This document shows positions 31,526 to 43,695 of a DNA stretch of 64,000 nucleotides, in pieces. Location of the stretch: positions 640,001 through 704,000 of the forward strand of contig OY970340.1 of assembly GCA_963717465.1 (NCBI GenBank), in the 5' to 3' direction. A program made the translations under genes and the position numbers. The notes under the pieces are model-generated. The model was not told the origin of the DNA. It searched no databases and saw only the letters and a list, made by a program, of their open reading frames with translations. This DNA is from Candidatus Bathyarchaeota archaeon (lineage in GTDB: Archaea > Thermoproteota > Bathyarchaeia > Bathyarchaeales > Bathycorpusculaceae). Each line of letters begins with the position of its first letter. Position 1 is the first letter of the stretch.

Positions 31526-32527
31526 ATGGCGAAATACCCTTTCTTGCCACAAGCAAGAGACCATATTGCTAAGTCTGAATTAGACTATAGAACGCTTGTT
31601 GAGTTGCCTCGCGTAAGAGAGAGAGCAAAACAAAGAATCAAAGCATCTTTCGATCCATCACAACTGTCTACTCAGCTCATGAATGATGAAACAGAGATAG
31701 CATCCTTTCCTTTAGCTATTTTATACGTTGCCGGAGTAGGTGATCGCAGGTTAATTGAACGTTTTGCCTTATTCGAAGCACAACGTATTAACAATCATCT
31801 CAAAGAAGAGCAACGGGCAGATGTAATTCTTGAAATCGCCAAAGCATTCAAATGGAAAATAAATAACGATAAGAACGGGCAAGTTTTAGCTTCCTTTTCT
31901 AAATACCTTGAGAGTACGGCAAAGGGAAGGCTGTTGCATGTTCCCAAATGGAAACTAGTAAATAGAGCACTTGATAAGGGGTGGGTTTCAGTAACTCCCG
32001 TTGAATTGGCTAGGCTTCTTCAGGAAGATGTTAAAAATCGTATCGAGATTTAGCGAATCAGGAAACAGCTAGCATGCCTGATGAAATACAAGAGGATATT
32101 GAAGAAATAAGAAAGGAATTTTTGGAAAAAGTGCCTAATGTCGATGAAAGTGAGAGATTAATCAAAGCTCAGGAGTCAGATTATCCTCCATGTGTAACTT
32201 ACTTACTGAAGCAGAGCATCAAAAGGGGAGCATCTGTCACACACTGAAAGATTCACTTTGGTGACTTATTTGCTACATCAGGGAGTAAGTGTTGATTCAA
32301 TAGTCCTTCTGTTTTCAAACGTTTCAGATTTCAAAGAAAGCAAAACTCGATACCAAGTGGAAAATCTAGCTGGAAAAACTGGAGGAAGAATCAAGGCGTA
32401 TATAACATACAATTGTGACACTCTTCAAACGCATGGAGTATGTAAGAACCCTTCTGATCCGATATGTCGAACGATAAGGAACCCTTTAACATATCATTTA
32501 AGAAAACAAAAATTGAATAGATTTTAA
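31526..32527 (+). CDS. priL: DNA primase large subunit; frameshifts near 32050 and 32215
   Basis: AKYPFL, WKLVNR, YPPCV, YQVE, C.TLQTHGVC....D.IC..IRNPL FeS Cys. Confidence 0.92.
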
Positions 32528-32592
32528 GAATATTAAAAGTCTAAAAAAATACTTAAGGGGATAAATGCCCTTTAAAGGTTGAAAACGCTGGT

Positions 32593-33348
32593 TTATTCTG
32601 TTTCGATTCGTGGAGCCAGGAAGAAAGTCAATTTTCCTTCTTTTGCTTGTTGGAAATCAATCCTAATAGGCATATCTGTTGAGAACTCGAGCGTGGCGAT
32701 ATCAGATGTTGCTGCGGCTGCTTTTATGATTTCAGAAAGGTAGCTTAAACTGAAGGTTGCTTTCGCGTTTTCTTTTACTTCCAAGTCGAGGAGTGCATCG
32801 TTTCCTTTTTGAAGAGTTATGGTTGCACCCATCAAATCGCCGGAAGCGCTGAGGGTTAACTTTTCTGGTTCAGCTTCTATGCGTACATGATCGCTTACTA
32901 ATTGTGCGTCTTCGATTGCTTGGCTTAATCCTTGAGTTGTTGTTTTAGCCTTAACATTAAAAGTGACTTTGGGAGTTGGAACTTCTTCTTCTGAGGCTTC
33001 GAGCGTTGGCATAGTAAAGTTTCTACTGTATTTTCCAGCTATTTTTACTTGTAATCGACCAGTCTTGTCGTCTAAAGTTAACTCTACCGATTCATCTCTT
33101 CCCGCTCGTTTGAGAAGTTTTAGCAACTCGCTTATATTGATGCACATCTTTGTTGGTTCTTTGCATACGTATTCTTCAAAAAGGGTTTTAGGCCATTCAA
33201 AATCGATCATGGCAACCCGTGAGGGATCCATCGCCCGCAATTTTAGGCCTTCAGGCTCAATCTTGAAGGTTGCTTCATCAACTAAGATCGAGATTGCTGT
33301 TGACATGTCTCTTAAGAGTTTAGCGTCAGACACTTTAAGCTTAAACAT
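32593..33348 (-). CDS. pcn: PCNA sliding clamp
   Basis: RAMDPSRVAM, FFLAPR. Confidence 0.97.
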   Translation of the reverse strand: MFKLKVSDAKLLRDMSTAISILVDEATFKIEPEGLKLRAMDPSRVAMIDFEWPKTLFEEYVCKEPTKMCINISELLKLLKRAGRDESVELTLDDKTGRLQVKIAGKYSRNFTMPTLEASEEEVPTPKVTFNVKAKTTTQGLSQAIEDAQLVSDHVRIEAEPEKLTLSASGDLMGATITLQKGNDALLDLEVKENAKATFSLSYLSEIIKAAAATSDIATLEFSTDMPIRIDFQQAKEGKLTFFLAPRIETE

Positions 33349-33503
33349 GATACCTCTTCCTTGCTTAATGATATATTCTGTTATGTTATTAGATTTATGC
33401 TTTAATGTTTATCAGATAAATAAAGTGTTCTAAACTTCAAATTCAAGCTTAGCCAATCGGAAGTTGCATTGCATTTTTACATGTGAAAGAAAAAATTTGT
33501 GAG

Positions 33504-33989
33504 TTATTGTTTATCGTATTGTTCAATTTCATTATTCATTACGTCTAATTCAACGCCAGCTTCTTTGAACATCTGTATAGAATCTGCGTCAGCATGGTAT
33601 CGTTTTTCACAAACTACACGCTTAATTCCAGCGTTAATTATCATCATTGCACAAGTTCGGCAGGGCGTCATTTTGCAGAAAAGGGTTGCACCTTCTAAAG
33701 GAATGCCAAATCTTGCTGCTTGAATGATTGCGTTTTGTTCTGCATGAAGCGTGCGCACGCAATGCTGAGTTACATTCCCGCTATTATCAAAAACCTTGCG
33801 CATATCATGCCCAACTTCATCGCAATGAGGAAGACCTGCTGGAGCGCCAACATATCCTGTCGTCATAATTCGCTTATCCTTAACAATAACACAGCCACTT
33901 TTACCACGATCACATGTTGCACGTCTAGCCACTGCCTCGCAGAGGTCTAAGAAATATCTATCCCAATCGGGTCTTGCGGTAGTACTCAA
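33504..33989 (-). CDS. dCMP deaminase / ComEB family
   Basis: RPDWD.YF, HAEQNAI, PCRTC. Confidence 0.92.
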   Translation of the reverse strand: MSTTARPDWDRYFLDLCEAVARRATCDRGKSGCVIVKDKRIMTTGYVGAPAGLPHCDEVGHDMRKVFDNSGNVTQHCVRTLHAEQNAIIQAARFGIPLEGATLFCKMTPCRTCAMMIINAGIKRVVCEKRYHADADSIQMFKEAGVELDVMNNEIEQYDKQ

Positions 33990-34080
33990 ATTCTTCCTAT
34001 CCTAGTGCTTTTTAAAATAAGCTCAAAACAAATTAATAAACAATAACCAAAGACAACTCTATGTCTGATTCTCGTTGCTT

Positions 34081-35382
34081 TCATTTTTTGAAAATGTGAA
34101 TTTCTCTTCCAATTTTATGCCGCTCATCTACTTCAACCAATGAGTCAAGTTGAAGCAAATCTTTCCTGACCTTTTGCGCTTTCTGAAAATGATTCTTTTT
34201 TAAATGGTGGAATTCTTTGGAAGCCAACTTTTTCAGCTTTTTCGCCTATTGGCATGGTCGTTGGGCGTCCAGAACGAGTTATTATGTAAGGAGTAACTAA
34301 CACTAATCGGCCGATTATTTTGAGTACTTTGTAAGCTTCTTCCACGAAACTGAAGAATAATGGTTTAAGTTTTTCAATAATCTTTGCAGCAGTAGGGTCC
34401 TGTTGGTACTTGGCGTAGAGCTGGACCTAAATCTGGTTCAGAGACTATGCAGTCAACGGTTTCTTGACCGATTTTACTTGCTAACTTTTCAACATTGCCT
34501 TGTACAACACGGAACTCAGCATTCTCAAGGTTGTATTCCTTTTCAAGCCACAATAGATTATCAATCGTTGCTTTTACGCACCATGGGTTGATGTCCATGC
34601 CTAACAACTTTAGCTTTGGATAATAGCGCTTCTTGAAGAACCGTGCCAACACCACAGAAAGGATCAAGCAGAGTTTTGCCAGGTGCGCATGAAGATAAGT
34701 TAACCATTATTCGAGCTATTCTCGGAGGCATGCCAAAAATTTTTCTTTGGCTCGGTTTGTAAATATCCCGTTTTTGAAATTCAAAAGGGTTATGAACCCC
34801 AGCGGTTGATGCAATCCAAGTTTCCTCTTTACCTATGCAGAACAGTATTTCAGCCTTTTTCTCAACAAGATTTTTCTTGAGAACTTCAATATGGCTTAGC
34901 TGGGCGGTTCTTCGATCCTTGGAGAAACCCATAAATTTCGAGTTTCTTCCAAAATCTGCTAACTCATCCTTAATGGCGCTTCCAATAAACCTTTGAATAT
35001 TTCCAGATAAAGGTTGTAACTGTTTTTCAGGGCAATAGACGCTGACGCCGAAAAATACTTTACCCACTGACAAGTCTTTCATATCTTCACTTAAACCACT
35101 CGATTTAAGTGAATCCTTAATTTGCGCTTTTGCGTCCTTGTTTTTTTCAATAAATGCTTTTTTCACAATGTCTGTTGGAAGGCTTGCAAGTACAGTTCCA
35201 CTTTTTATTGTTCCGCCTAAGCTGGAAATTTGAGCACTTACATTTTGCTCTTCATTAATTATGAAGTAGTCCTTTGAGAAAAAAGGCACTTCGAACTTTA
35301 CTTTATTATTTTCTAAGAAGAAAATTAGCTCCGCTAACGAGAGATTCCAGTTTTTTCCTGAAATAAACACTTCTTTGAACAT
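34081..35382 (-). CDS. Trm11/TrmG10-like RNA methyltransferase; several frameshifts
   Basis: PPRIARIMVNL, LDPFCGVGT, DCIVSEP.LGP split over ORFs 34561-35436, 34374-34667 and 34145-34345. Confidence 0.8.
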
Positions 35383-35507
35383 TCTCAAAAAATACAAGTT
35401 AATTAAATATATAAGCAAATGATAATTAATTAGCAAGAAAATAGCCTATAGAGACTGCAAATCGTTTAAATAGCCTGCTGATTTTATGCTACAAAAGGGA
35501 TTGTATT

Positions 35508-36053
35508 ATGCACGCTAAAAATTACAGGCACGTGAAAAACAGAGCGTATACGAGGAAAAAATACGCTAAAGGCTTTCCACCACCCAAAATAGTAAAGTTC
35601 ACAATGGGTGACACGAAGGGAACTTTTGAAATTGAAGCTAAACTGATAGCTTTAGAGCGAGCTCAAATACGCCATAGTGCCTTGGAAGCGGCCCGTGTAG
35701 CAACAAACCGTATCTTAATGGATAAGCTCATAAATGATTACGTGATGGTTGTTCACCCGTATCCTCACATTATTCTAAGAGAAAACAAAATGATTTTTGG
35801 AGCCCATGCAGACCGGCTTCAACAGGGAATGAGACGTTCATTCGGAACAGCAATTGGTACTGCAGCAAAAGTAGAAGTAAATCAACCCATAATAACAGTA
35901 AAAGTGAAAGCTAACGCGGTTGAAACAGCTAAAGAATCCCTAAAAAGAGGAAGCGCGAAACTTCCAATTCCTTGTAGAATAGTAGTTTCTAAAATAGAAG
36001 CATCTCCAGAGACAACCAATAAGGTTATTGAGGAGACGGATAAAATTGAGTGA
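35508..36053 (+). CDS. rpl10e: 50S ribosomal protein L10e (uL16)
   Basis: ALEAAR, YPHIILRENKM..GAHADRLQQGMR.SFG. Confidence 0.97.
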   Translation: MHAKNYRHVKNRAYTRKKYAKGFPPPKIVKFTMGDTKGTFEIEAKLIALERAQIRHSALEAARVATNRILMDKLINDYVMVVHPYPHIILRENKMIFGAHADRLQQGMRRSFGTAIGTAAKVEVNQPIITVKVKANAVETAKESLKRGSAKLPIPCRIVVSKIEASPETTNKVIEETDKIE

Positions 36054-38484
36054 AAACAAAAAGGATCTTGTTCTATGGTTTGATGATTTAAGAAAGAATG
36101 ATGTTTCCATTGTTGGCGGCAAAAACTCCAGCTTCGGTGAAATGATTCATGCTGGTTTACCTGTTCCGCCAGGATTTGCCGTAACTGCTTATTCTTATGA
36201 AAAATTTATCGTTGAAAAAAAGATAGCTGAAAAAATATATAAAATAATCAGAGAAACAATAAAAGATCTAAACGATCCAAAGCAGTATGAGGTTGCTTCA
36301 AAGAAGATACGTGAACTTATCGAGAAAACTTCAATGCCGAAAGAAATTGAAAACGCAATTAAGAACGGCATACGAGGACTTAAACAAGAGACTTGGGTTA
36401 AAAGATATTTTCGTGGCTGTCAGGTCAAGTGCTACAGCTGAAGATTTACCTGATGCATCTTTTGCTGGTCAACAAGAAACTTTTTTGAATGTTAAAGGTC
36501 CTGAAGACCTTCTCGATAAAGTCGTGAAATGCTGGTCGAGCCTGTTTACTCCTAGAGCTATCTTTTACCGCAACGAAAAGGGTTTTGCTCATGACAAGGT
36601 CTTCATCAGCGTTGGAGTTCAAAAGATGGTTAACTCCAGAGCTGCAGGAGTTATGTTCACAATAAACCCTGTAACAGGCGATCCAAACGAAATCGTAATC
36701 GAAGGCAACTATGGCTTAGGCGAAACAGTCGTTTCAGGCGTTGTCAACCCTGACGATTTTGTTATCGACAAAGAAGCCATGAAAATCAAGGAGCGAAAAC
36801 TCGCAAGGAAAACAATCAAGTACGTACGCGACTCCTGATACAGGTAAAACAATTCATCTTGATATACCTGAAAAAGAGCAAAAAGTAACCTGCGTAAACG
36901 ATCAAGAAATTATGACCCTTGCAGAACTTGCAAGGCGAATTGAAGCGCATTATGGCAAGCCTATGGATATTGAATGGGCAATTGACCAAGACTTATCATA
37001 TCCTCAAAACATGTTCTTGGTTCAAGCACGCCCAGAAACAGTATGGAGTACTAAGAACTATGGAAATAGAAAAACCCAAAGTAGAAGAAAAGAAGGAAGT
37101 CTTAAAAATAGTTGTAAAAGGTCTACCAGCTGGTAAAAGAGGGTACGGAACTGGTATTGCCAAAGTTGCTTTAAGCATCGATGAAGCCTCCAAAGAAATG
37201 CAAAAGGGCAACATTCTCGTAACGGATATGACGAATCCTGATTTTGTACCATTCATGAAGATGGCAAGCGCTATCGTAACAGATAAAGGCGGAATAACAT
37301 CACACGCTGCGATCGTTAGTCGTGAACTCAACATTCCATGCGTCGTTGGAACAGAAACTGGAACTAAAATGATGAAAACCGGTGTGGAGTACACTGTTGA
37401 TTCAAGAAACGGAATCATCTATGAAGGAATTTTGGCACAAGCAGCTCAACCCATCGTAACACCAGGCATAGCAAACTCTGCATTAGCAGTTGATCCACCC
37501 GCTCCTGTGACAGCTACAAAGATATACATGAACTTGGCTATACCTGAAAAAATAGAAGAATACAAGAACCTGCCTTTCCAAGGCATAGGATTGATGCGCA
37601 CGGAATTTATTTTCGCAAGTTACATAGGTGAACATCCTCTTTACCTGGTTGAAACAGGTCAAAATCAGAAACTCGTTGATAAATTAGCTGACGGCATCGC
37701 TACTGTAGCCCGCGCAATTCAACCTCGACCAGTTGTTGTTCGATTCAGCGATTTCAAAACTAATGAGTACCGACGACTCTAAAGGGTGGAGAAAAATACG
37801 AAATCGTTGAAGAAAACCCAATGCTGGGTTGGAGAGGTTGCAGCCGTTACATAAGCAAATGGTATGAGAAAGCTTTCCGACTTGAATGCGCAAGCCATCA
37901 AAAAATGTCGAGCTGAATGGGGACTGAAAAACGTTTATGTCATGCTTCCAATGGTTCGCACAGTCTGGGAAGCAAAAAAAGTTCTTGAAATCATGGCGCA
38001 AGAAGGTCTTGAAAGATCTCGCGATTTCAAAGTTTGGTTCATGGCTGAAACACCCTCAATAGCAATACTTGCAGACGAATTCAGCAAGTTGGTTGATGGT
38101 TTCTCAATAGGCTCAAATGACATGACACAGGGAATTCTAATGATTGACCGAGACTCTGAACGCTTAGGTCAAATGGGCTATTTCGACGAAAGAGACCCAG
38201 CAGTAAAAAGAATAATTGCACACTTAATCAAAGTAGCACATGAAAACGGATGCACAGTATCCATTTGCGGAGAAGGTCCATCAAACCTTCCAGACTTCGC
38301 AGAGTTCCTTGTACGCGCTGGAATCGATAGCATTTCAGTAAACAACGATGCGGTTATAACAACTAAGAATAATATTGCAAGCGTAGAACAGAAAATCATC
38401 CTAGAGCGATTAGCTGAGCAAGCTGCAATAGCTAGTGGACGACCACTCAAGAAACCCATTCCAGATTGGGAATGGAACCCCTAA
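36046..38484 (+). CDS. ppsA: Phosphoenolpyruvate synthase; multiple frameshifts
   Basis: [60 protein letters not shown]. Confidence 0.95.
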
Positions 38485-38540
38485 ACAACTGATTTTTTCT
38501 TATTTCAATTTTAAGAAATTCCAAAGATGGGAAGGGAAGA

Positions 38541-39541
38541 ATGAAGAAATTCGATTTTGAAGAAGAAAGAATAAAAAGTGAAATTGCCAGTCTTGAAGCA
38601 AAACGTGTTCTGCTCCAGTTGCCTGAGGGATTAAACCTGAAGGCCCCCGTTTGGCAAAAATCGTTGAAAAATCAGGCGCTCTTCCAATAATTTCTGCTGA
38701 TCCGTGCTATGGCGCTTGTGATATAGGTTTCAACGAAGCGGAACGTTTAGGCGTAGATTTGATAGTGCATTTTGGGCATTCTAAACTCTTAAAGCATGAA
38801 CAAATTCCAACAGTTTATGTTGAAGCACGAGCAACAGTAACGGTTGATAAGGCTGTTGAAGAGGCAATTTCACTTCTTAGCAAGTATACAAAAATTGGTT
38901 TAGCAACTTCAGTGCAGCATTTACAAATGATTAATGAAACAAGGGAAATGCTTGTTAAAGCTGGAAAAATAGTCATCGTAGGCGATGCCGGGAAAATGAG
39001 TTATCCTGGACAAGTAATTGGATGTGATTACAGTAACGTTAAATCAATAGCTGATGAGGTTGAAGCATTCCTCTTTGTCGGCGGTGGAATGTTCCACGCG
39101 TTAGGCATTGCTTTAAGCACTTCTAAACCCACAGTCATTGCTGATCCATACGATAACAAGGCTTTCTCAATAGATAACGAAGCTAAAAAAATAATTAAGC
39201 AACGCTGGTCATGTATCGAGAAAAGCAAGCATGCAAAGACTTTCGGCGTACTAGTCGGATTAAAACCTGGCCAAAAGAAAATAGAAACAGCGCTAAAAGT
39301 TAAAGAGATAGCTGAGAAACAAGGCAAATCAGCTTACATATTGGCTGCAACGGAAATCACTCCTGAAGTGCTCTTAGAATTCCCATCAATTGATTCCTTC
39401 GTAAACACTGCTTGCCCAAGGATTTCTCTGGATGCTTCCTCGAAATTCTTAAAGCCAGTGCTTACAGTTAATGAGTTCATGGTTGTCTCTGGCGAATCAA
39501 CATGGGAGAATTTGCTCAAAGAAGGATTATTCGAAAATTAG
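38541..39541 (+). CDS. dph2: Diphthamide biosynthesis protein Dph2; frameshift near 38630
   Basis: QLPEGL, CYGACD, HFGH, GQVIGC, TACPRI. Confidence 0.93.
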
Positions 39542-40208
39542 ACCTGGAATTATTTCTTTCCAAAATAAAACCGCAACCCACTCCTAAAGTAAGTCTTGAG
39601 CAATATACAATTTCAGAATCAATTGCAGCAACCTTACTCCACATTGCCACCTACACTAACAATGACATTGTTGGAAAGAATATCATAGATTTAGGCTGTG
39701 GCACTGGCAGATTAGCTTTAGGTGCAGCGTACATGGGCGCAAAATCAGTTATCAGGAATTGATATCGACAAAAATACCCTGAGAATAGCCGCTGAAAACG
39801 CACGAGAACTGAGAGTATTTGCCAACACTCAATTTGTTGTCGGCGACATTTCCACAGTTAAGGGCGAGCTTCGATACGGCTCTGCAGAATCCACCGTTCG
39901 GAGTGCAAACCCGCGGTGCTGATCGGGCGTTCTTGGTGAAAGCCTTAGAGATTGGCAAATCAATCTATTCTCTGCATAATCATCCGCAGGTAGATGAACA
40001 ATTAATTAAGCGATTAAAATCTTCAAAGGGATTGCTAGAGGTTCCTCCTTCTGCTTTTTTAAAAAACTTGATTGAGAAACATAACGGTATTGTTAATGTG
40101 GTTTACGCCTTGCTTATGACTATTCCACGCATGTTCGATTTTCACACTAAGGCAAAGCATGATTTTGTTGTTGATTTATACATTATAACCCGAAAAGACA
40201 ATCGATGA
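39502..40208 (+). CDS. METTL5-like N6-adenine methyltransferase; frameshifts
   Basis: LEQY, DLGCGTG, NPPFG, YSLH. Confidence 0.88.
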
Positions 40209-40325
40209 ACATCAAATATAAGAGGAAGGGTAATGCAAAAGGTTTATTGAGAAGCATGGAAACTAAGCATAATGCATTTAGCTAATGCGGTTATTCAGTT
40301 TATTTAAGGTTAAAAGGGAAATTGT

Positions 40326-40907
40326 ATGAGTGTTAAAGCCCCTGAACAAAAAAGTGGTCATTTAGTGCTGCCTGGAGAACGCTTAGGCGTCATCGAAGAG
40401 TTTATTCCAGATTCTGGAACCTACGTTAAAGACGGCGTTATTTATTCAAAAATAGTGGGTCGTTCACTAATGGATTTACTGAACAAACGTGTTTCCGTTT
40501 ATCCATTAATTAATGGTGCAGTAACGCCCAAAGTATCAAGCATAGTTATTGGGCAAGTTGGCAATTCACAATCAGACAATGTCTTAGTCAGAATTTCCAA
40601 AGTTGGAAAAAAGAAGATCTTAGGAAATTTCTCAGGAATCCTCCACATTTCTGATGCTCAAGACCGATATGTTAACTCGATGAGTGATGTATGCAAAACA
40701 GGAGACATAATAAGAGCTAAAGTCATAAGCGAAAAAAATCAAATATACCACTTATCCACTGCAGATAAGGGTTTGGGTGTTCTATATGCAGCTTGTTCAC
40801 GTTGCGGCGGTTTACTTGAGCAGAAAAATCATGACTTACAATGCCCTAAATGCAAAAACATAGAAAATCGTAAGATAGCTCCAGATTATGGAGTCGAAGT
40901 CCTTTAA
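40326..40907 (+). CDS. csl4: Exosome subunit Csl4
   Basis: VLPGE.LG..EEF, GDIIRAKV, C..C...CPKC..E.RK. Confidence 0.94.
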   Translation: MSVKAPEQKSGHLVLPGERLGVIEEFIPDSGTYVKDGVIYSKIVGRSLMDLLNKRVSVYPLINGAVTPKVSSIVIGQVGNSQSDNVLVRISKVGKKKILGNFSGILHISDAQDRYVNSMSDVCKTGDIIRAKVISEKNQIYHLSTADKGLGVLYAACSRCGGLLEQKNHDLQCPKCKNIENRKIAPDYGVEVL

Positions 40908-40919
40908 GGAGGGTAATGG

Positions 40920-41201
40920 ATGAAAATAAAAGTATTAAACAAAAATGGGAATGAACTAAAAATTGAGATTAACGGTGCTGGCCACGAATTATGTAACTTA
41001 CTTCAGAAAAAAATTCTTGAAGACGAAAAAGTGGATTTGGCTGGATACGATATACCACACCCCTTAGCTTCAAGTCCCGTAATTTACGTCAGAGCTAAGG
41101 GCAGAGTGAAGCCTGAAGATATCTTAATCAGAGCAGCCCAGAAAGCCATAGAAAATAACGACGCCTTCAGCAAAGAGCTAACAAAAGCATTAAAAGCATA
41201 A
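40920..41201 (+). CDS. rpoL: RNA polymerase subunit L (Rpo11)
   Basis: GHELCNLL, AGYDIPHPL. Confidence 0.94.
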   Translation: MKIKVLNKNGNELKIEINGAGHELCNLLQKKILEDEKVDLAGYDIPHPLASSPVIYVRAKGRVKPEDILIRAAQKAIENNDAFSKELTKALKA

Positions 41202-41322
41202 ATCGTCAGTTAGGTCCGCCAACCCAAATTAATTTTGTTTTTTGAGGATTAATCTCAAATTTTGCTCAATGTTAAAGGTTAAATTATAAAAAGATAGTAT
41301 CATATTATTTCTGAGTGTATGC

Positions 41323-41922
41323 TTGAAAGAAAAATCCGCAAGTTCCACAGCGATAAAGCCTGAAATCCGTGTTATAGGCATCGATGATTGCGCTCATATA
41401 CCAAGGGTTAAAAGCCAAGTTCCTATAGTAGGCGTCATTTTCCGAGGCGGATTTTGGCTTGACGGAGTAATTTCTTCTAAAGTCAACGTTGATGGTTTTG
41501 ATGCGACAGAAGCCATTTCCAACATGATAACAAATTCAGTTCACTACAAACAATTGCGAGTAATAATGTTGAATGGGGTTACTTTTGCAGGGTTTAATGT
41601 TGTTGATATCAATCAACTTAACATGCTTACAAAGCTGCCAGTAATCGCAGTTACACGTCAAAAACCTGATATGCCAGCAGTAATCGCAGCAATTCAGAAG
41701 CTAAGTAACCCTGAAGAGCGCTTAAAAGTCATCTTGCGTGCGGGCGAAATTGAACCAGTTAAAATTAAAAAAGGTGCAAGAGCAATTTATATCCAAACCG
41801 CAGGAATTTTAAGGGAAGATGCCCAAAAAATAATAGAAATGACGTCTACACGAAGCAATATCCCCGAACCTTTACGTGTTGCCCATATTATTGCTTCCGG
41901 GATTAGCTTGTGCACATCTTGA
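41323..41922 (+). CDS. DUF99 / endonuclease V-like protein
   Basis: GIDD, VDGFDAT, GVTFAGFNVVD, PEPLRVAHIIA. Confidence 0.88.
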   Translation: MKEKSASSTAIKPEIRVIGIDDCAHIPRVKSQVPIVGVIFRGGFWLDGVISSKVNVDGFDATEAISNMITNSVHYKQLRVIMLNGVTFAGFNVVDINQLNMLTKLPVIAVTRQKPDMPAVIAAIQKLSNPEERLKVILRAGEIEPVKIKKGARAIYIQTAGILREDAQKIIEMTSTRSNIPEPLRVAHIIASGISLCTS

Positions 41923-41986
41923 TTTGGAAAAAGTTTAATAGCCACAATGCTAAGGGAATCAAAAACGGATAACGGAGGAACAACGT

Positions 41987-42346
41987 GTGGAGTTCTGCGT
42001 AAAGTGTGGCTCTCGTCTTGAGCCAAAAAAGTCAAAGAACAGTAAGGAGTCTAAAAACGCCTCCTTAGTTCTCGTTTGTCCAAAATGCGGCTATAAAAAA
42101 CAGGAAGGAAACAAAAAAATCGAGCCACCAGCGAAGGTCATACAACATAATCCTCAACAATTTGTAGCCGTTATAGGCAAAGAAGAGCAAAAACTAAGCA
42201 CGCTACCTACAGTGCGGATTGAATGCCCAAAATGTGGAAATAACACTGCTTATGTTTGGCAAGTACAAACTAGAGGCGCTGATGAATCTTCAACACAGTT
42301 TTTGCGATGCACAAAGTGTAACTATACTTTCAGAGAATACAGCTAA
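41987..42346 (+). CDS. tfs: Transcription factor S
   Basis: Two zinc ribbons, QTRGADE acidic hairpin. Confidence 0.95.
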   Translation: MEFCVKCGSRLEPKKSKNSKESKNASLVLVCPKCGYKKQEGNKKIEPPAKVIQHNPQQFVAVIGKEEQKLSTLPTVRIECPKCGNNTAYVWQVQTRGADESSTQFLRCTKCNYTFREYS

Positions 42347-42447
42347 AGTCACTATTTCTTCTCTTTATCAGCATTGCCGAGATTTTATGATGCCATTTTT
42401 ATGGCAAGCAAGCTCGTTTTTTAGGGTAACTTCAAGCAGTAAACCGC

Positions 42448-43420
42448 TTAAAAAACAAGGTCCGCCATGTCCACACTGTTTTCGTAAATCTGCTTTAAGA
42501 AAGACAGAGCTGCTAGGATTTGCGGCATTATTTCGACAGGATTAGCCTTTGCAATCTTTTCAGTGTTCGTGTATAAGGCTTCAATTTTTCCCCTCATTGA
42601 ACGCACGTTTTCAGCTAAAGCAATATCCTTATTCACGAATGATTTCAATGCCTGTTCATGCGCATCGCTGCAAACTGCCTGAAAATCAAACAGCAACTTT
42701 TGCAACTCAACTGAAGGCTTAACACCGTTAAGGGATAAAGTTTTGGCTGCAACTTGAACACAGGCATCCCCTATGGCTTCAATTATGCTTGCAGCTAAAC
42801 GATAATCTAAGCAGTCTATCGCACTAATTCCAAGTTTCTCGCCAAGCCGAGAATTTTGAATTACAGTTCGCAAAATTCTAACCAAGAGGAAATAGAGTCG
42901 GTTACTCTCATTGTCCCTAGCAATCACGCTTTTAGCCAGGTTCATGTCTGAATTGATGAAAGAAGAAGCTACGTCGCGAGCCATGCCGGCAACAATGGCA
43001 TAGTTTCTTCTTAGGATTTTTTCTGGTGCAAAACCCGAAGGTTCAAGGAGACACTGCAAAACAATTTGAGAATAGTTTTCTTCAACAATCTCTAAGACCA
43101 ATCAAAGAGCTAACAGTTTGTTTAACAAGGTCTCTAATGTCAAAATCTATGCGGTCTTTAGCTTCAATGCGAATGACGTCAAAACCAAGCAGATAACTCC
43201 CGATTACTTCACGACGCAGATAAGACCCAACATTCAAGGTAACTTCTTTTTGTTGTGGCTCCGCATTATATTTTGGGTCCACAATAAGTTTTCCGTCTTC
43301 AGTTAAGTCCAAATTAACCAAAGTTCCCTTCTTAAGACCATTTTGTGTAGCCCAAGACCTTGGCACACAAACAAAAAAAGTACCAGTTGGAGTGCGTTGA
43401 ACTTTGCGTAAATCACCCAA
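42448..43420 (-). CDS. phoU: AbrB-PhoU phosphate uptake regulator; frameshift near 43090
   Basis: RKVQ...GTF.V..P..W N-domain, YLLGFD, GLEIVEE, PhoU repeats. Confidence 0.87.
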
Positions 43421-43695
43421 TCATATACACGCTCAGATATTCGAATCGAATTAAATTGAAAAATAAAAGGCTTATTTAAACCTGAATCCAAATTCTAGAG
43501 TTAAACAGCAATTATACAATTAGAGTATATTTTTGAAGCTCTGAATAAACGAATTTGCAGAATGCCAATATTGCTAATCTCCATTAAATTTTCAATTTCC
43601 AGTTGACAATGGTAAGAGTAAAATAAGCTAACAAAGCAAGAGCATATACGAAGGCTTGACATAAACAACCAGCCATCGCTAGGATAAAATATGCT

